Below, piece after piece: positions 19,297 through 29,094 of a stretch of 64,000 bases of DNA. The number at the start of each line of letters is the position of its first letter. Position 1 is the first letter of the stretch. This stretch comes from a bacterium (GTDB taxonomy: Bacteria; Fidelibacterota; Fidelibacteria; Fidelibacterales; Fidelibacteraceae). A program made the position numbers and the translations under genes. Below the pieces are notes generated by a model. It worked only from the letters and a program-made list of their open reading frames with translations, was not told where the DNA came from and did no database searches. Location: assembly GCA_963676395.1 (NCBI GenBank), contig OY781066.1:1504001-1568000 (forward strand). Direction: 5' to 3'.

Positions 19297-19809
19297 ATGC
19301 TTAGCGATCAGATCGAAAGACTTTACAAAGAAGAGAAGGTGAAAATGCTCGCCTATGTAAGGTCGCACACTGTGGAACGCGCCCGGGATGCCGAAGACCT
19401 TGTGCAGGATGTGATGCTAAAGATGTTCCGGGTTCTGAATATGAATACCAAGATCGAGAATTTGGCCGCCTATGCTTGGCAGAGTTTGAAAAACCTGATC
19501 ATTGACAACCGTCGCAGAAAAGAGATCGACTATGATGAGATCAATGATCATCTCGTCGATCTGGCTGCTGACGAACATGGTCCCGAGGAAGCGATGCTTC
19601 GTGAGCATTTTTCGGAGTACATGAGCGGAGCTCTTAAAACTTTAAAACCATCGGAAACCGCTATCTGGCATGCTACCGAAGTAGAAGCTAAGAGCTATCA
19701 GGAGTTGTCCGAAGAATGGAAAGAACCCATCGGTACCCTGCTTTCACGCAAGTATAGGGCGGAAAAGAAGATACTGGATATACTTAACAAGAAATTTGAG
19801 GAGAAATAA
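19297..19809 (+). CDS. ECF sigma factor
   Basis: Region 2 DAEDLVQDV, N.IID..RR; region 4 SY.ELS....PIGTLLSRK. Confidence 0.92.
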   Translation: MLSDQIERLYKEEKVKMLAYVRSHTVERARDAEDLVQDVMLKMFRVLNMNTKIENLAAYAWQSLKNLIIDNRRRKEIDYDEINDHLVDLAADEHGPEEAMLREHFSEYMSGALKTLKPSETAIWHATEVEAKSYQELSEEWKEPIGTLLSRKYRAEKKILDILNKKFEEK

Positions 19810-19810
19810 A

Positions 19811-20209
19811 ATGGGACATTGGAAAACATATCACCCGGCAAAGAAAATTGTCATGATAATTGGCGGTATTATTGCCGGTATCGGTATTGTAGCCTTGATC
19901 GGCTTTGTGATCATGTGGTTATGGAACGGTCTGATGCCTAAATTATTTGGTCTAACCGTGATCACTTATTGGCAAGGTGTTGGACTAGCATTACTTGGCC
20001 GCCTGCTGTTTGGTGGTATTGGTGGCGGTAATGGTGACAGTGGTTCTAAACATAAGAAACGTCAAAAAATGTCACATTGTGAATCAGCTTATGAAGCCGA
20101 TTGGGAAAAATACGATAAATGGTGGGAAGCTGAGGGTAAAGCATCATTTGAGAAATATGATACCAATGAAGATCCGGATGTAGAAGTTGTAGAAGTAGAA
20201 GAAAAATAG
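19811..20209 (+). CDS. membrane protein co-transcribed with ECF (possible anti-sigma/partner)
   Basis: MWLWNGLMP.LFGL..ITYWQ..GL..L.RLLFG; 1-nt gap, GAGGAG SD. Confidence 0.8.
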   Translation: MGHWKTYHPAKKIVMIIGGIIAGIGIVALIGFVIMWLWNGLMPKLFGLTVITYWQGVGLALLGRLLFGGIGGGNGDSGSKHKKRQKMSHCESAYEADWEKYDKWWEAEGKASFEKYDTNEDPDVEVVEVEEK

Positions 20210-20217
20210 ATGAGACT

Positions 20218-20290
20218 GTAAGGGTGATTTTAGAATCGCCCTTATAATTTAAATTTCATAATGTAGGGGTTGGACGGGTGTTCGACCCTT
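20218..20290. repeat. two GTAG-type REP-like hairpins
   Basis: GTAAGGGTGATT-TTAG-AATCGCCCTTAT and GTAGGGGTTGGAC-GGGT-GTTCGACCCTT. Confidence 0.6.
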
Positions 20291-20306
20291 TTTTAATTAC
20301 GTAAGC

Positions 20307-20344
20307 AACCGACTCGGTTCTTAACCAACACAACCGACTCGGTT
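20307..20344. repeat. two direct copies of palindrome AACCGACTCGGTT
   Basis: Copies at 20307-20319 and 20332-20344. Confidence 0.85.
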
Positions 20345-20348
20345 TTAG

Positions 20349-20741
20349 TTAAGGTGCCTTAAACCTTGAAATATGCACAGTAACAGCAATCGCAATAGCG
20401 AAAAGCATGATACGCATAAAAAAACATCTATTGCAAAAATAGCTGTAGCAGAAATAATCAACCATAGCATGCTAAGTATATAGATCTTGTATTTTAGCTC
20501 TAAGCCTTTACGTTCTTTATAGTCTCGCAGCAGTTTAGCAAAATGTTTGTAAGCATATAATTTGTCGTGAAACTTTTTGGATGTTCTTGCAAAGATTGCA
20601 GCCGAAAGTAAGGCAAAAGGCTACGGGTAGGATAATGCCCAAAATCCCCAAAGCTAAAGATATAAATCCAATGCAAATCAATATAATCCTCAGAATAGGA
20701 TTTTTAATTGAGGATTAGTCTTGTGAGCTTGTATTGGTCAT
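20349..20741 (-). pseudogene. ybaN: YbaN/DUF454 family pseudogene
   Basis: MTNTSSQD* then LGILGIILPV, frameshift (LPTT lost), PFALLSAAIFARTSKKFHD...KG..LKYKI...VHISRFK. Confidence 0.75.
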
Positions 20742-20760
20742 ATAATGTTAAATATAATTT

Positions 20761-20786
20761 GTGGGCGACTCTCGTGTCGCCCGAAC
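20761..20786. repeat. REP-like hairpin
   Basis: GGGCGAC-TCTCGT-GTCGCCC. Confidence 0.55.
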
Positions 20787-20862
20787 ATACTCAAAGAAGT
20801 ATTTATTATGCTTTATACCTTCACTAAGGATTTGGTATACTTCGTGACTTTGTTTGAGGGCT

Positions 20863-22107
20863 TTAAATTGTCAATTGAGATATGGTATTCACCCGATCTT
20901 TATTTCCTTCGATCTTTACTTCTACAAAATGCGGCGTATGTCCGATAAGCATGCCCTCTTCCCAACGTTCCCAAAGCACGGGCTGAATAGTTCCTTTAAA
21001 TTGTCTTGCAAACTCTGCTTGCAATTGTTTGTGGGTGTCTTCCAAAATGGCAGCTCGAGCTTTTTTCCCGTTTTCGGGGACCTGATTTTTCATGGTCGCT
21101 GCCGGTGTGCCTTCGCGTTGCGAATAGCGGAAAACATGTAAGTAGGAAAAATTGGTGTCCATGATATAATTTACGGTTTCACGAAACAGCTCATCGTTTT
21201 CCCCGGGGAAACCTACAATAACGTCCGTACCTATCGAAGCCTGAGGTATAAATTTCCTGATCGTTTGTATTTTCTTGCTGAAATCAGCAGTGAGGTATTT
21301 GCGCTTCATGGCTTGTAGAAGGGTATCCGATCCGGATTGTAAAGATAAATGAAAATGTGGCATTACCTTTTTAGATTGCCCGATATGCTCAATTAGTTTA
21401 TCGCTGAGCGTATTCATTTCGATGGATGAGATTCGGATGCGTTCAAGTCCTTTAATCGGCTCAAGAGCCATAACAACATCCATCAATCGTTTGCCTTTAT
21501 CTTCATAAGCACCGATATCAATACCTGTAAGCACAATCTCTTTGTAACCGACTTCGGCAAGGCGCTTGGCTTCGTTGAGGGTGTTATCAAAATCACGACT
21601 CACGGGGTTACCTCGGGCATAAGGGACAATACAGTAGGTGCAGAAATTATTACAACCTTCTTGTATTTTTAAGAATGCTCGTGTTCTATCGGTGGCGGCA
21701 ATAAATGCCGAATTCAATCGTTCACGATTATTTACGGATGAAACACGTTTGATCTGTTGATGCTTTTTTTCGAAATCCGTAATAGCTTCAAAAAGATCGA
21801 ATTTATCTCGAGTTCCCAAGACAATATCCACACCTTTCAGCTTTGTGGCAATGTCGGGTTTGACTTGTGGGTAGCAACCGGCGACGACTAAAATACCTTC
21901 CGGAGAAAGTTTTTTAGCTTGATACAATGCCTGGCGAGTTTTTCTGTCCGCTCGATTGGTGAGTGTGCAGGAGTTAACGACCATGACATCTGCGAGTTCG
22001 TGAAAATCCACGACTTGATAATTATGTTGCTCAGCTGCGTATTTCAGTGCCGATGTTTCGGCCTGATTTAGTTTACAGCCTAATGTATAGAAAGATATTT
22101 TTTTCAT
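20863..22107 (-). CDS. mtaB: tRNA t6A37 methylthiotransferase
   Basis: TLGCKLNQAET, radical SAM KIQEGCNNFCTYCIVP, HLSLQSGSD, HVFRYS.REGT. Confidence 0.92.
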   Translation of the reverse strand: MKKISFYTLGCKLNQAETSALKYAAEQHNYQVVDFHELADVMVVNSCTLTNRADRKTRQALYQAKKLSPEGILVVAGCYPQVKPDIATKLKGVDIVLGTRDKFDLFEAITDFEKKHQQIKRVSSVNNRERLNSAFIAATDRTRAFLKIQEGCNNFCTYCIVPYARGNPVSRDFDNTLNEAKRLAEVGYKEIVLTGIDIGAYEDKGKRLMDVVMALEPIKGLERIRISSIEMNTLSDKLIEHIGQSKKVMPHFHLSLQSGSDTLLQAMKRKYLTADFSKKIQTIRKFIPQASIGTDVIVGFPGENDELFRETVNYIMDTNFSYLHVFRYSQREGTPAATMKNQVPENGKKARAAILEDTHKQLQAEFARQFKGTIQPVLWERWEEGMLIGHTPHFVEVKIEGNKDRVNTISQLTI

Positions 22108-22598
22108 TGATGTCTCTCGGGTGGTAGCCAGACTTTTACGTCGATGGTTTGCTTTCCCCATTCTAAGGCTTTGTTATGTGATTTAAAGAAAAGATCGATA
22201 TGTCTACCGATGATAACAGAACCACGGTCTTCGACTACACCATATCCCCAGCCTTCGATATACATAATAGTTCCCATGGGGAAGATATTTGTGTCCGCAG
22301 CAATTGTGCCACGTCGAGCGCGAGTACCGGCAGCAGTACGGCCTACAACTTTTCGTTGACCTTTTAATGGTCCATATGAATAACGCGGAACGCCCCATTT
22401 ATCACGTTCCCAACCACAGCATTTTTCACAAGCACAGTAGCCGGTAACTTGCATACGAATGGTTTTATAGGGTTTGAAAACCGGGGGACGCAATTGATAT
22501 TGAAAAACTGTACAACCATTGGTGAACGGAATGGTCAATATAATCAATAAGATGACCGAGTATTTTAGCCATGCCGCTTTTTTAATGTTCGTGCGCAT
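22104..22598 (-). CDS. 3D domain protein (MltA-like)
   Basis: TGYC, TIAAD..IFP.GT, VEDRG..I.G.HIDLF. Confidence 0.9.
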   Translation of the reverse strand: MRTNIKKAAWLKYSVILLIILTIPFTNGCTVFQYQLRPPVFKPYKTIRMQVTGYCACEKCCGWERDKWGVPRYSYGPLKGQRKVVGRTAAGTRARRGTIAADTNIFPMGTIMYIEGWGYGVVEDRGSVIIGRHIDLFFKSHNKALEWGKQTIDVKVWLPPERHQ

Positions 22599-23784
22599 GT
22601 TCCTTTTCTTCTTCCTGTTTCAAGATGGATTCAAGTTCCATCGGATGGGTAAGTTTTCCGGTTATGGCCGCTGTAAAACAGCTTAAAGCATTCGCAAGAA
22701 TTGCACCGGATTTTACTAAAGAAGCTGATGTTACCAATCGGACTTTCTTTTCATCGGCACGAGTTTTTAATAAGGGTAATATCGAAGAGGGTAGGATCTC
22801 AAATCCAATCTCGGTCAAAATTCCCGAAATCCCCATATCCAGCATGTCCCCGTAAACCAATTGTGACCCGGGAATGATGGCAGCGGTTAAGTTTTCGCTC
22901 AAAGGACGGTAACGGATCAATTTAAGTCCGGATTCAATGTCGGCATAGCGATTGGCACTTTCTCCACCGATAAATATTTGTTCTATATTTAAACCGTCTT
23001 TATCTGTTAGTGCTCCCACTTTCGTTTCGTTATTTTCTTTCCAAGCGATCATAGGATGGACTTTTTCCATACCGATGCTTAGGACAGTATTTTTATCTGC
23101 TTCGGTATCGGGGAAGTAAAATTGCCCCTCCGCTTCCGAACGATCTTGCAAAAATGCCAGTACTTGCTCATCCACCTGAAATAGAAGTTTTTCATACCCC
23201 AGATCAATCAGAGTACGAGCCAATGAAAAACGCTCGTTTAAGGGTAGAGAGGTTAAACCTTCACCATAGAACTCAAGAACTTTATCTTTGGGTAAGTTAA
23301 AATAATGGATCAAATGAAGTGCGATATCAATACCGCCAACCCATTCTCCGGCTTTTCCGGTCAACTCGATATTTTTACTCTCAGGAATGCTTAGATCAAG
23401 TTGTGAATCATTCATTAGTGCCAACATGTTTTCTTTTTCTAGATGCAAAACATATGTACCCAGGACTGAGAGTTCCAGGAGATTTTTATCATCGCTGGCA
23501 AGAATGACGCCAGGTGCCGCCAACCCATCTTCAGCAGTTACCAGAGAAGGAATGCCGGTTCTTCCGGCCGGATAATGTTCAACACCCTTGTCTCTTAATG
23601 CAAGAAGATCTGTAGCATCGGGTGCTCCCTTAAGCGGTAGACTGTTGTTTATGATTAGGGCATCGATGTTGGATTGTGTTAAATTATTGGCATAAAATTT
23701 AACATTTTCTGTTCCAAGAATGATCTGAGAAACCTTGTTATCTGCTCCATCGATCAGTTGATGTATCATTGATTTATTATTCAT
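22582..23784 (-). CDS. aconitase/LeuC large-subunit-like protein lacking Fe-S cysteines
   Basis: G.A.PG.IL, IPE...I.L.G....V.G.DIAL, LEFYGEG...L...ER, IEQ.FIG, IIPGSQ.V, TAAITGKL; canonical Cys motifs replaced. Confidence 0.75.
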   Translation of the reverse strand: MNNKSMIHQLIDGADNKVSQIILGTENVKFYANNLTQSNIDALIINNSLPLKGAPDATDLLALRDKGVEHYPAGRTGIPSLVTAEDGLAAPGVILASDDKNLLELSVLGTYVLHLEKENMLALMNDSQLDLSIPESKNIELTGKAGEWVGGIDIALHLIHYFNLPKDKVLEFYGEGLTSLPLNERFSLARTLIDLGYEKLLFQVDEQVLAFLQDRSEAEGQFYFPDTEADKNTVLSIGMEKVHPMIAWKENNETKVGALTDKDGLNIEQIFIGGESANRYADIESGLKLIRYRPLSENLTAAIIPGSQLVYGDMLDMGISGILTEIGFEILPSSILPLLKTRADEKKVRLVTSASLVKSGAILANALSCFTAAITGKLTHPMELESILKQEEEKEHAHEH

Positions 23785-24908
23785 TTGTTGTGCTCCGAAA
23801 TAAATATATTCAAGTATCGTCTGTTTTTTATCATGTAACCCCAGTCGGATACGATGACTTTATTTTTAAAATGCTGTAAGCTATTTTTAAAGCGCTCTTC
23901 ATTGTTTTGTACAGGATTTAACTGTAATTCTATGGTGGGGATAACTTTGGAATCTGTGCCATTGATCTCTTTTAAAATGGAGAGCTGAATCTGGTCATAA
24001 CGATCATCCGGGATATAGCAGGATGTACTCATGATATAGTGGTCGGTAAATACAGCCAAAGTTTTCACGTCCTGGCCGGTCAGGCGTTGCCTGCCGAAAT
24101 TGGGATCATTTTCTTCCCAGGGCAATATACCAAGCATAATCTTACACGTGGGGTCGAGATCTTTAATGATAATATTGGCTTTTTCCATGAGTTCGTTGAT
24201 CGTACCGGTTTTCCATGATAGCCAAGCCTGTTCGTGATTGTCAAGTATCCAGGCATTTAACTCGTGATTTATTAAATGTTCCGGTAAGTCAATTTGAGCA
24301 TGTTGGGCAAAGGTTTTTACGCAGTGATTGCAAAAACAAAATTGTCTTGTATGAGCTACCTGCATTTTTGAACAATCATCACCGGTCTCCACAGGGAAGG
24401 ACAGTTTGTCCAAATATATACCATCAGGTTGGAAGATCAACATGATCTCGCGAATGATATCCAGCTTATACTGGCGATAATCCCTGTTCGAAGGACATAT
24501 CCCCGAGATGTTTTCCGCACTACGAGTAGAAGCAAATTCATCCATTGCCCGTAATTCGGGTTGAGTTTTAAATGTATAATTGTCCTCGAATATTTGTAGC
24601 TGGGCGACAAAATCAATATTGACGCGCCTTAATGCATGACGGAAAGCCAGTAGATCTGTTCCAAAAGTCCAGCGTTGAGGTAAAATATCTGAGGGATAGT
24701 AGGCTGTACCATCTTTATATACCGGAACAATAACGTGTGTAACGCCCGCTGATTTCAGCTCATCGGCAAGGGCACCCATCTCGCCACCATATCGTTGACG
24801 TATCTCCGGTTTTTGGATAATAATATGAACGCCTTTCATGTGCTCGCGACGAGAACATGAAGAAAGAATGATCAAGAAAGCGATCATGATGTAAGTCAGC
24901 TTTTTCAC
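23781..24908 (-). CDS. GH10-like/DUF187-type glycoside hydrolase lipoprotein
   Basis: Lipobox LSSC; G.AYYPS, ICPS...Y, DGIYLD, FCFC..C, W..WK. Confidence 0.7.
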   Translation of the reverse strand: MKKLTYIMIAFLIILSSCSRREHMKGVHIIIQKPEIRQRYGGEMGALADELKSAGVTHVIVPVYKDGTAYYPSDILPQRWTFGTDLLAFRHALRRVNIDFVAQLQIFEDNYTFKTQPELRAMDEFASTRSAENISGICPSNRDYRQYKLDIIREIMLIFQPDGIYLDKLSFPVETGDDCSKMQVAHTRQFCFCNHCVKTFAQHAQIDLPEHLINHELNAWILDNHEQAWLSWKTGTINELMEKANIIIKDLDPTCKIMLGILPWEENDPNFGRQRLTGQDVKTLAVFTDHYIMSTSCYIPDDRYDQIQLSILKEINGTDSKVIPTIELQLNPVQNNEERFKNSLQHFKNKVIVSDWGYMIKNRRYLNIFISEHNK

Positions 24909-24914
24909 GGAATG

Positions 24915-24943
24915 AAGATAGGGTTTAAATTGCCTTATGTCAA
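24915..24943 (-). promoter_or_regulatory. sigma70 promoter, leaderless start
   Basis: TTGACA-N17-TATCTT-N6-GTG. Confidence 0.6.
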
Positions 24944-25068
24944 GTGGTTGTGTATTCTCGCTGAGAATGTGGGGGAGGTTCTTGAATTTCCTTGGGAAAT
25001 GATGGGTAATTCAAGTGTTAACCGTACATTTTCAAAAATAAATTTTCATACACAAAAAATTTACCATT

Positions 25069-25093
25069 AAAAGAAAAGGCTCCTTAGGAGCCC
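25069..25093 (-). terminator. intrinsic terminator after ampG-like gene
   Basis: GGCTCC-TAA-GGAGCC plus T-rich tail on minus strand. Confidence 0.6.
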
Positions 25094-25127
25094 AATCTTA
25101 TAGTTTTTTATTAATAACTATTATTAG

Positions 25128-26981
25128 TTATTCTTTGGCTTTCACTTTTTTTCCGAATTCGGGTTCGATCTTGAGGAATTTAATAAGAATGAATCCCGGG
25201 ATGGTGGCAATGATGACCCAGATAAAGAAATGCTGATAACCGATGACTTCTTGTAGCCAACCGGAGATCATACCGGGGATCATCATACCTAAAGCCATAA
25301 AAGCTGTACAGATGGCATAATGTGAGGTTTTGTACGAGCCTCTTGAAATATAGATCATAAACATCATGTATGCTGTAAAGCCAAATCCATAACCAAATGT
25401 TTCAAATGCAACACAAGGCACAATAACCCATAGACTTGAAGGTTGTACATATGATAAGAAAATATATACCGCATTGGGAACATTGATCATAATAGCAAAC
25501 CACCAAATCCATTTTTTAAGACCGTGTTTTGCAACTGCCATACCACCTAGAATACCTCCAAGTGTTAGGAATAGTAAACCTATGGTTCCGTATGTTAGCC
25601 CATATTGACCGGCTGTAAGTCCCAAACCACCCAATTCTCTTGTATCAAGCATAAAGGGAGCCGAGAGTTTGACCAACTGAGATTCACCCAAGCGGAATAG
25701 AAGCAGGAAGACAATAGCCAAACCAATACCTTCTTTACCAAAGAATGAACCAAAAGTAGCAAAGAAATCTTTAATGGCTTTTCCAAGAGATGCTTCATCT
25801 CTAACTTTTTCAACTTTGGGAAGAGTAAATCTATGTGCCAACCAGAAAATAAAAAACATACCTGATAGGCAGAAGAATAAAACAGTCCAAGCCATTTTAA
25901 CTTTGCCTGATTCCGCATCAAAGAAAGCTGAGCTTGCGTTTGTAAGTTTTTTATCGAGTTGGATAACCGACATAACGGGTTTATTCCAGTTTTCGGCGGT
26001 GAATTCAAAGCGAGTACCTTCAACGAGCTTGATGCTTTTATCACCTTTATCTTGACCAAAGGTCACGATGGTTGTTTCACCTTCTTCGGGTGATTTTGAA
26101 AGATGAAAATATACCAGGCCGATATTGCCATCGTAGGCTGTTATTTCCTCAGCTTCAACACCGAAATTATTTCTTAACCAATTTTCAAATTTTTTGGGTC
26201 GTTCTTTTTTTGCTTTTTCTTTCGATTTTTTGTCTTTTGCGATCTTGGGCGCATCAGGATCTACTTGACCTTGAGCAATATTCCATGCGCGGGCAGCTTT
26301 CTTGACTGAGTCAACATAAGCCGGACTTACTTTTACAATAGGAATATCAAGATTTTTTGGGGCGTAAACCAAGTGCATATCACCGGCCTGCTCAGTATTA
26401 TCTAAATCAGCTAAAAGAACAGATTTAACAGCAGTGCCTTCGGGAACCGCATTAACTTCAACCGTAGCTTTATCCATACCGGAAGCATTGATAAGTACGG
26501 AAACCAGAATGACAAAAACGCCTTGTCCCATAAGCATCGCAACACGATAAAAAGCTGAACGGATACCGTTAAATAAGGCTTGATCACCCTCATCCAAACC
26601 GATCATATAAAAACCGTCGGCAGCAATATCGTGAGTTGCCGAGGTAAAAGCCATTAACCATAGAAAGGCGATAGAGATTTTAAAGAAGTTGGTTGTGGGG
26701 ATGGTTAGTGCAATACAGGCAAATAGAATACCCAATATGAATTGCATGATAAGGATCCACCAACGTTTTGTCTTTAAATTATCAACTATGGGACTCCAGA
26801 GGGGTTTTAATACCCATGGTAGATAGAGAAGTGAAGTATAAAGAGCTATATCGGTATTTGAAATACCTAGCATTTTATACATGACGACCGAAACGACCAT
26901 CACAACGGTGTAAGGAATACCTTCGGCAAAGTACAAGGACGGTACCCAGCTCCAGGGATTACGTTTTTTAATTTTGTTCAT
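25128..26981 (-). CDS. ampG: AmpG-family MFS permease with large soluble insertion
   Basis: WVPSLYFAEGIPY, LPWVLKPLWSP.VD, SATHDIAADGFY, FGYGFG, HYAI.T.FMAL. Confidence 0.8.
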   Translation of the reverse strand: MNKIKKRNPWSWVPSLYFAEGIPYTVVMVVSVVMYKMLGISNTDIALYTSLLYLPWVLKPLWSPIVDNLKTKRWWILIMQFILGILFACIALTIPTTNFFKISIAFLWLMAFTSATHDIAADGFYMIGLDEGDQALFNGIRSAFYRVAMLMGQGVFVILVSVLINASGMDKATVEVNAVPEGTAVKSVLLADLDNTEQAGDMHLVYAPKNLDIPIVKVSPAYVDSVKKAARAWNIAQGQVDPDAPKIAKDKKSKEKAKKERPKKFENWLRNNFGVEAEEITAYDGNIGLVYFHLSKSPEEGETTIVTFGQDKGDKSIKLVEGTRFEFTAENWNKPVMSVIQLDKKLTNASSAFFDAESGKVKMAWTVLFFCLSGMFFIFWLAHRFTLPKVEKVRDEASLGKAIKDFFATFGSFFGKEGIGLAIVFLLLFRLGESQLVKLSAPFMLDTRELGGLGLTAGQYGLTYGTIGLLFLTLGGILGGMAVAKHGLKKWIWWFAIMINVPNAVYIFLSYVQPSSLWVIVPCVAFETFGYGFGFTAYMMFMIYISRGSYKTSHYAICTAFMALGMMIPGMISGWLQEVIGYQHFFIWVIIATIPGFILIKFLKIEPEFGKKVKAKE

Positions 26982-27035
26982 GAGAACCTTTCCTTTTGTT
27001 AGCTATCGGCTTGAGGATTTTTTGCTTAAGCTTTT

Positions 27036-27067
27036 GCTGTTTACTGTAGGCTGATTGCTATATGCTA
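27036..27067. repeat. degenerate heptamer tract starting at spoIID-like stop
   Basis: Minus strand TAGCATA TAGCAAT CAGCCTA CAGTAAA CAGC. Confidence 0.55.
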
Positions 27068-28390
27068 TTTGTAAATTTTCTTGTATTCGCTGCCCGGATA
27101 ATAGTGTGCTAGAATTTGTTCTGTTGTATAACCTTTAAGGCTCATGCCAAGAGCACCTATCTGGCAAAGTCCAGCTCCATGACCCCAGCCGGCACCTTTA
27201 TAAATAAAACGTTTGGGGACTTCGCCTGAGCCGACTTTTTCAATAACAACGGCTGAGGAGAAAAGGAATCTGGGATGTAGAACAAGTCTTGCATTATAAT
27301 CTTTATCAATTTCAATTTCATGCACTTTATCATCAAAGTCGCGATAAATAATGCCAAGTTTTAAAAGTCGTGCAGATTCGGCACGTTTACGAGTTTGCAG
27401 ATCAAGAACTTCTTTGACATCCAATTTAAGTTTATCTCGTAAATTGGCGGAAAGTTCTTCATTATTGATTTCCACGGTCCAACGGAAATATTCACCTTCG
27501 TCATCACAGGCGCCGATATACTGTGTCAATTCGTTTTCGGGAACCGTTGTTGAAGAACAGAAAGCATCTTTAGGATCTGAAAGGATCCATTCGCGAGCGT
27601 TTTCTTCGATAGTTAGATCAGGCACTTCGTTACCTTCGGGCATATCGGGAAGCGGTTGCATATATGAAAGGGGAGTATTTTCCCAGAGGTTTTCAAAAAC
27701 TTCCATTTTACCGCCACAGGATTTTGAATAGCGGGCATCACAGATCTTATTATCGGCAATGATCACTTTACCGCGCGTGGCTTCGGTACCGGATTTTGAT
27801 GTTTCGGTTACGTTGTTAAGACCTTGGTAACGCTGACAACAATCATCATTACATACATCAAGCCCTAAGTCTACATGTTTTTGTTCAACATTGGCTAACA
27901 TCCAGGAGCGAGCAACCACGGTTTGAGATTCGATCAAAGCCGGTGGACAGGCGGCACCCATTTCGGATGTAGCGACACACATGAGATATGTTTCAAGCGG
28001 TAGTTCATTTACGACCATTAAATTGCCATCTACAACGCTGATCTCTACAGTACCGGGTACCTTAACCTGAATATATTTACGCCAATGGAATTCACGACCC
28101 GATATTACAGGATCCAGGGTAATGTGTGCATTTTCTACAACGGGGGTAAAGACGACTTTTTTGACTTTTTCGTATGATTTGCCATTTATATCAAACGTGA
28201 TAGCATTATCTATTACGTTAAAAAGTATACTTGGAACTTCACAGGTTGAAAAAGTCAGAGTATCAACTGCAAGTTCATAATCACACATGTCAGATAAAAA
28301 TGTTGAGATCTTTTTTTGATCATCATGAGGTAAAACAACGCCAACCCTCAATAGGGGTTCTTTGTTTGGAATGACGCCGGGTTTAAGCAT
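27065..28390 (-). CDS. SpoIID/LytB domain lytic transglycosylase
   Basis: VNELPLE.YL..V..SEM, ARSW, C.DDCCQRYQG, G.GWGHG.GLCQIGA, IL.HYYP. Confidence 0.9.
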   Translation of the reverse strand: MLKPGVIPNKEPLLRVGVVLPHDDQKKISTFLSDMCDYELAVDTLTFSTCEVPSILFNVIDNAITFDINGKSYEKVKKVVFTPVVENAHITLDPVISGREFHWRKYIQVKVPGTVEISVVDGNLMVVNELPLETYLMCVATSEMGAACPPALIESQTVVARSWMLANVEQKHVDLGLDVCNDDCCQRYQGLNNVTETSKSGTEATRGKVIIADNKICDARYSKSCGGKMEVFENLWENTPLSYMQPLPDMPEGNEVPDLTIEENAREWILSDPKDAFCSSTTVPENELTQYIGACDDEGEYFRWTVEINNEELSANLRDKLKLDVKEVLDLQTRKRAESARLLKLGIIYRDFDDKVHEIEIDKDYNARLVLHPRFLFSSAVVIEKVGSGEVPKRFIYKGAGWGHGAGLCQIGALGMSLKGYTTEQILAHYYPGSEYKKIYK

Positions 28391-28546
28391 AGGGGAAATC
28401 CTCTCTTAAAGATATTTGCTAAATTTTCATCATTGCTTATTAAGTAAAATCTACTTCGGCACAAGCTCTCTAAAATAGTGTATTATGTTGCGGTTTTCAA
28501 TTGGAAAATGAGAAAAACAGAATTCGAAAGCAAAAATTTGTAATGA

Positions 28547-28596
28547 TGTCATCTCAACTCCCGATATACATCGGGACAGGCCCCGCTGCGAGATCT
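28547..28596 (+). repeat. REP-like element TGTCAT...GAGATCT with nested hairpin
   Basis: TCCCGAT-ATAC-ATCGGGA nested; ends resemble reverse complement of 32650-32697. Confidence 0.5.
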
Positions 28597-28725
28597 ATTC
28601 ATGAGATAATGTGGTTGAAACGCAGAATCGTTTAATTGTTGAAAAATATTCGAAGAGAATTAAATCACCTACACCAAGGCTATTGAAGTGCTTTTGCTGT
28701 AAAAACTATGGAAGTTATCGCTTGA

Positions 28726-29091
28726 TTACTTAAATCTCAATGAGTCATCATAAATACATAATGTGTAGTCATCATATATCCCACCAGGTATGATATGACC
28801 ATTTGAGAAATATCCGATAGTCTTAGAGAGTTCACCTACTTTAACGCGGAAAGCGCCATCCATTTTAAAAAGAATAGGATCAATCCACTGAAATGTTATA
28901 GAATCATTAACAGGAATAATGGTATTTATTTCAATTGAATCACTATAGATATAATTACCACTGTAGGCATACCACCATACAGAATCTATTTCATGAGAAC
29001 TGTAATTGTTTATTTGGATATTAATCGATTCTTCTTGAAAACAGCCAATAATAAACATAGATATTAATACTAAGTAAATATATTTTTTCAT
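28726..29091 (-). CDS. hypothetical lipoprotein (AT-rich)
   Basis: Lipobox IIGC; 3-nt gap to upstream gene. Confidence 0.75.
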   Translation of the reverse strand: MKKYIYLVLISMFIIGCFQEESINIQINNYSSHEIDSVWWYAYSGNYIYSDSIEINTIIPVNDSITFQWIDPILFKMDGAFRVKVGELSKTIGYFSNGHIIPGGIYDDYTLCIYDDSLRFK

Positions 29092-29094
29092 GAT

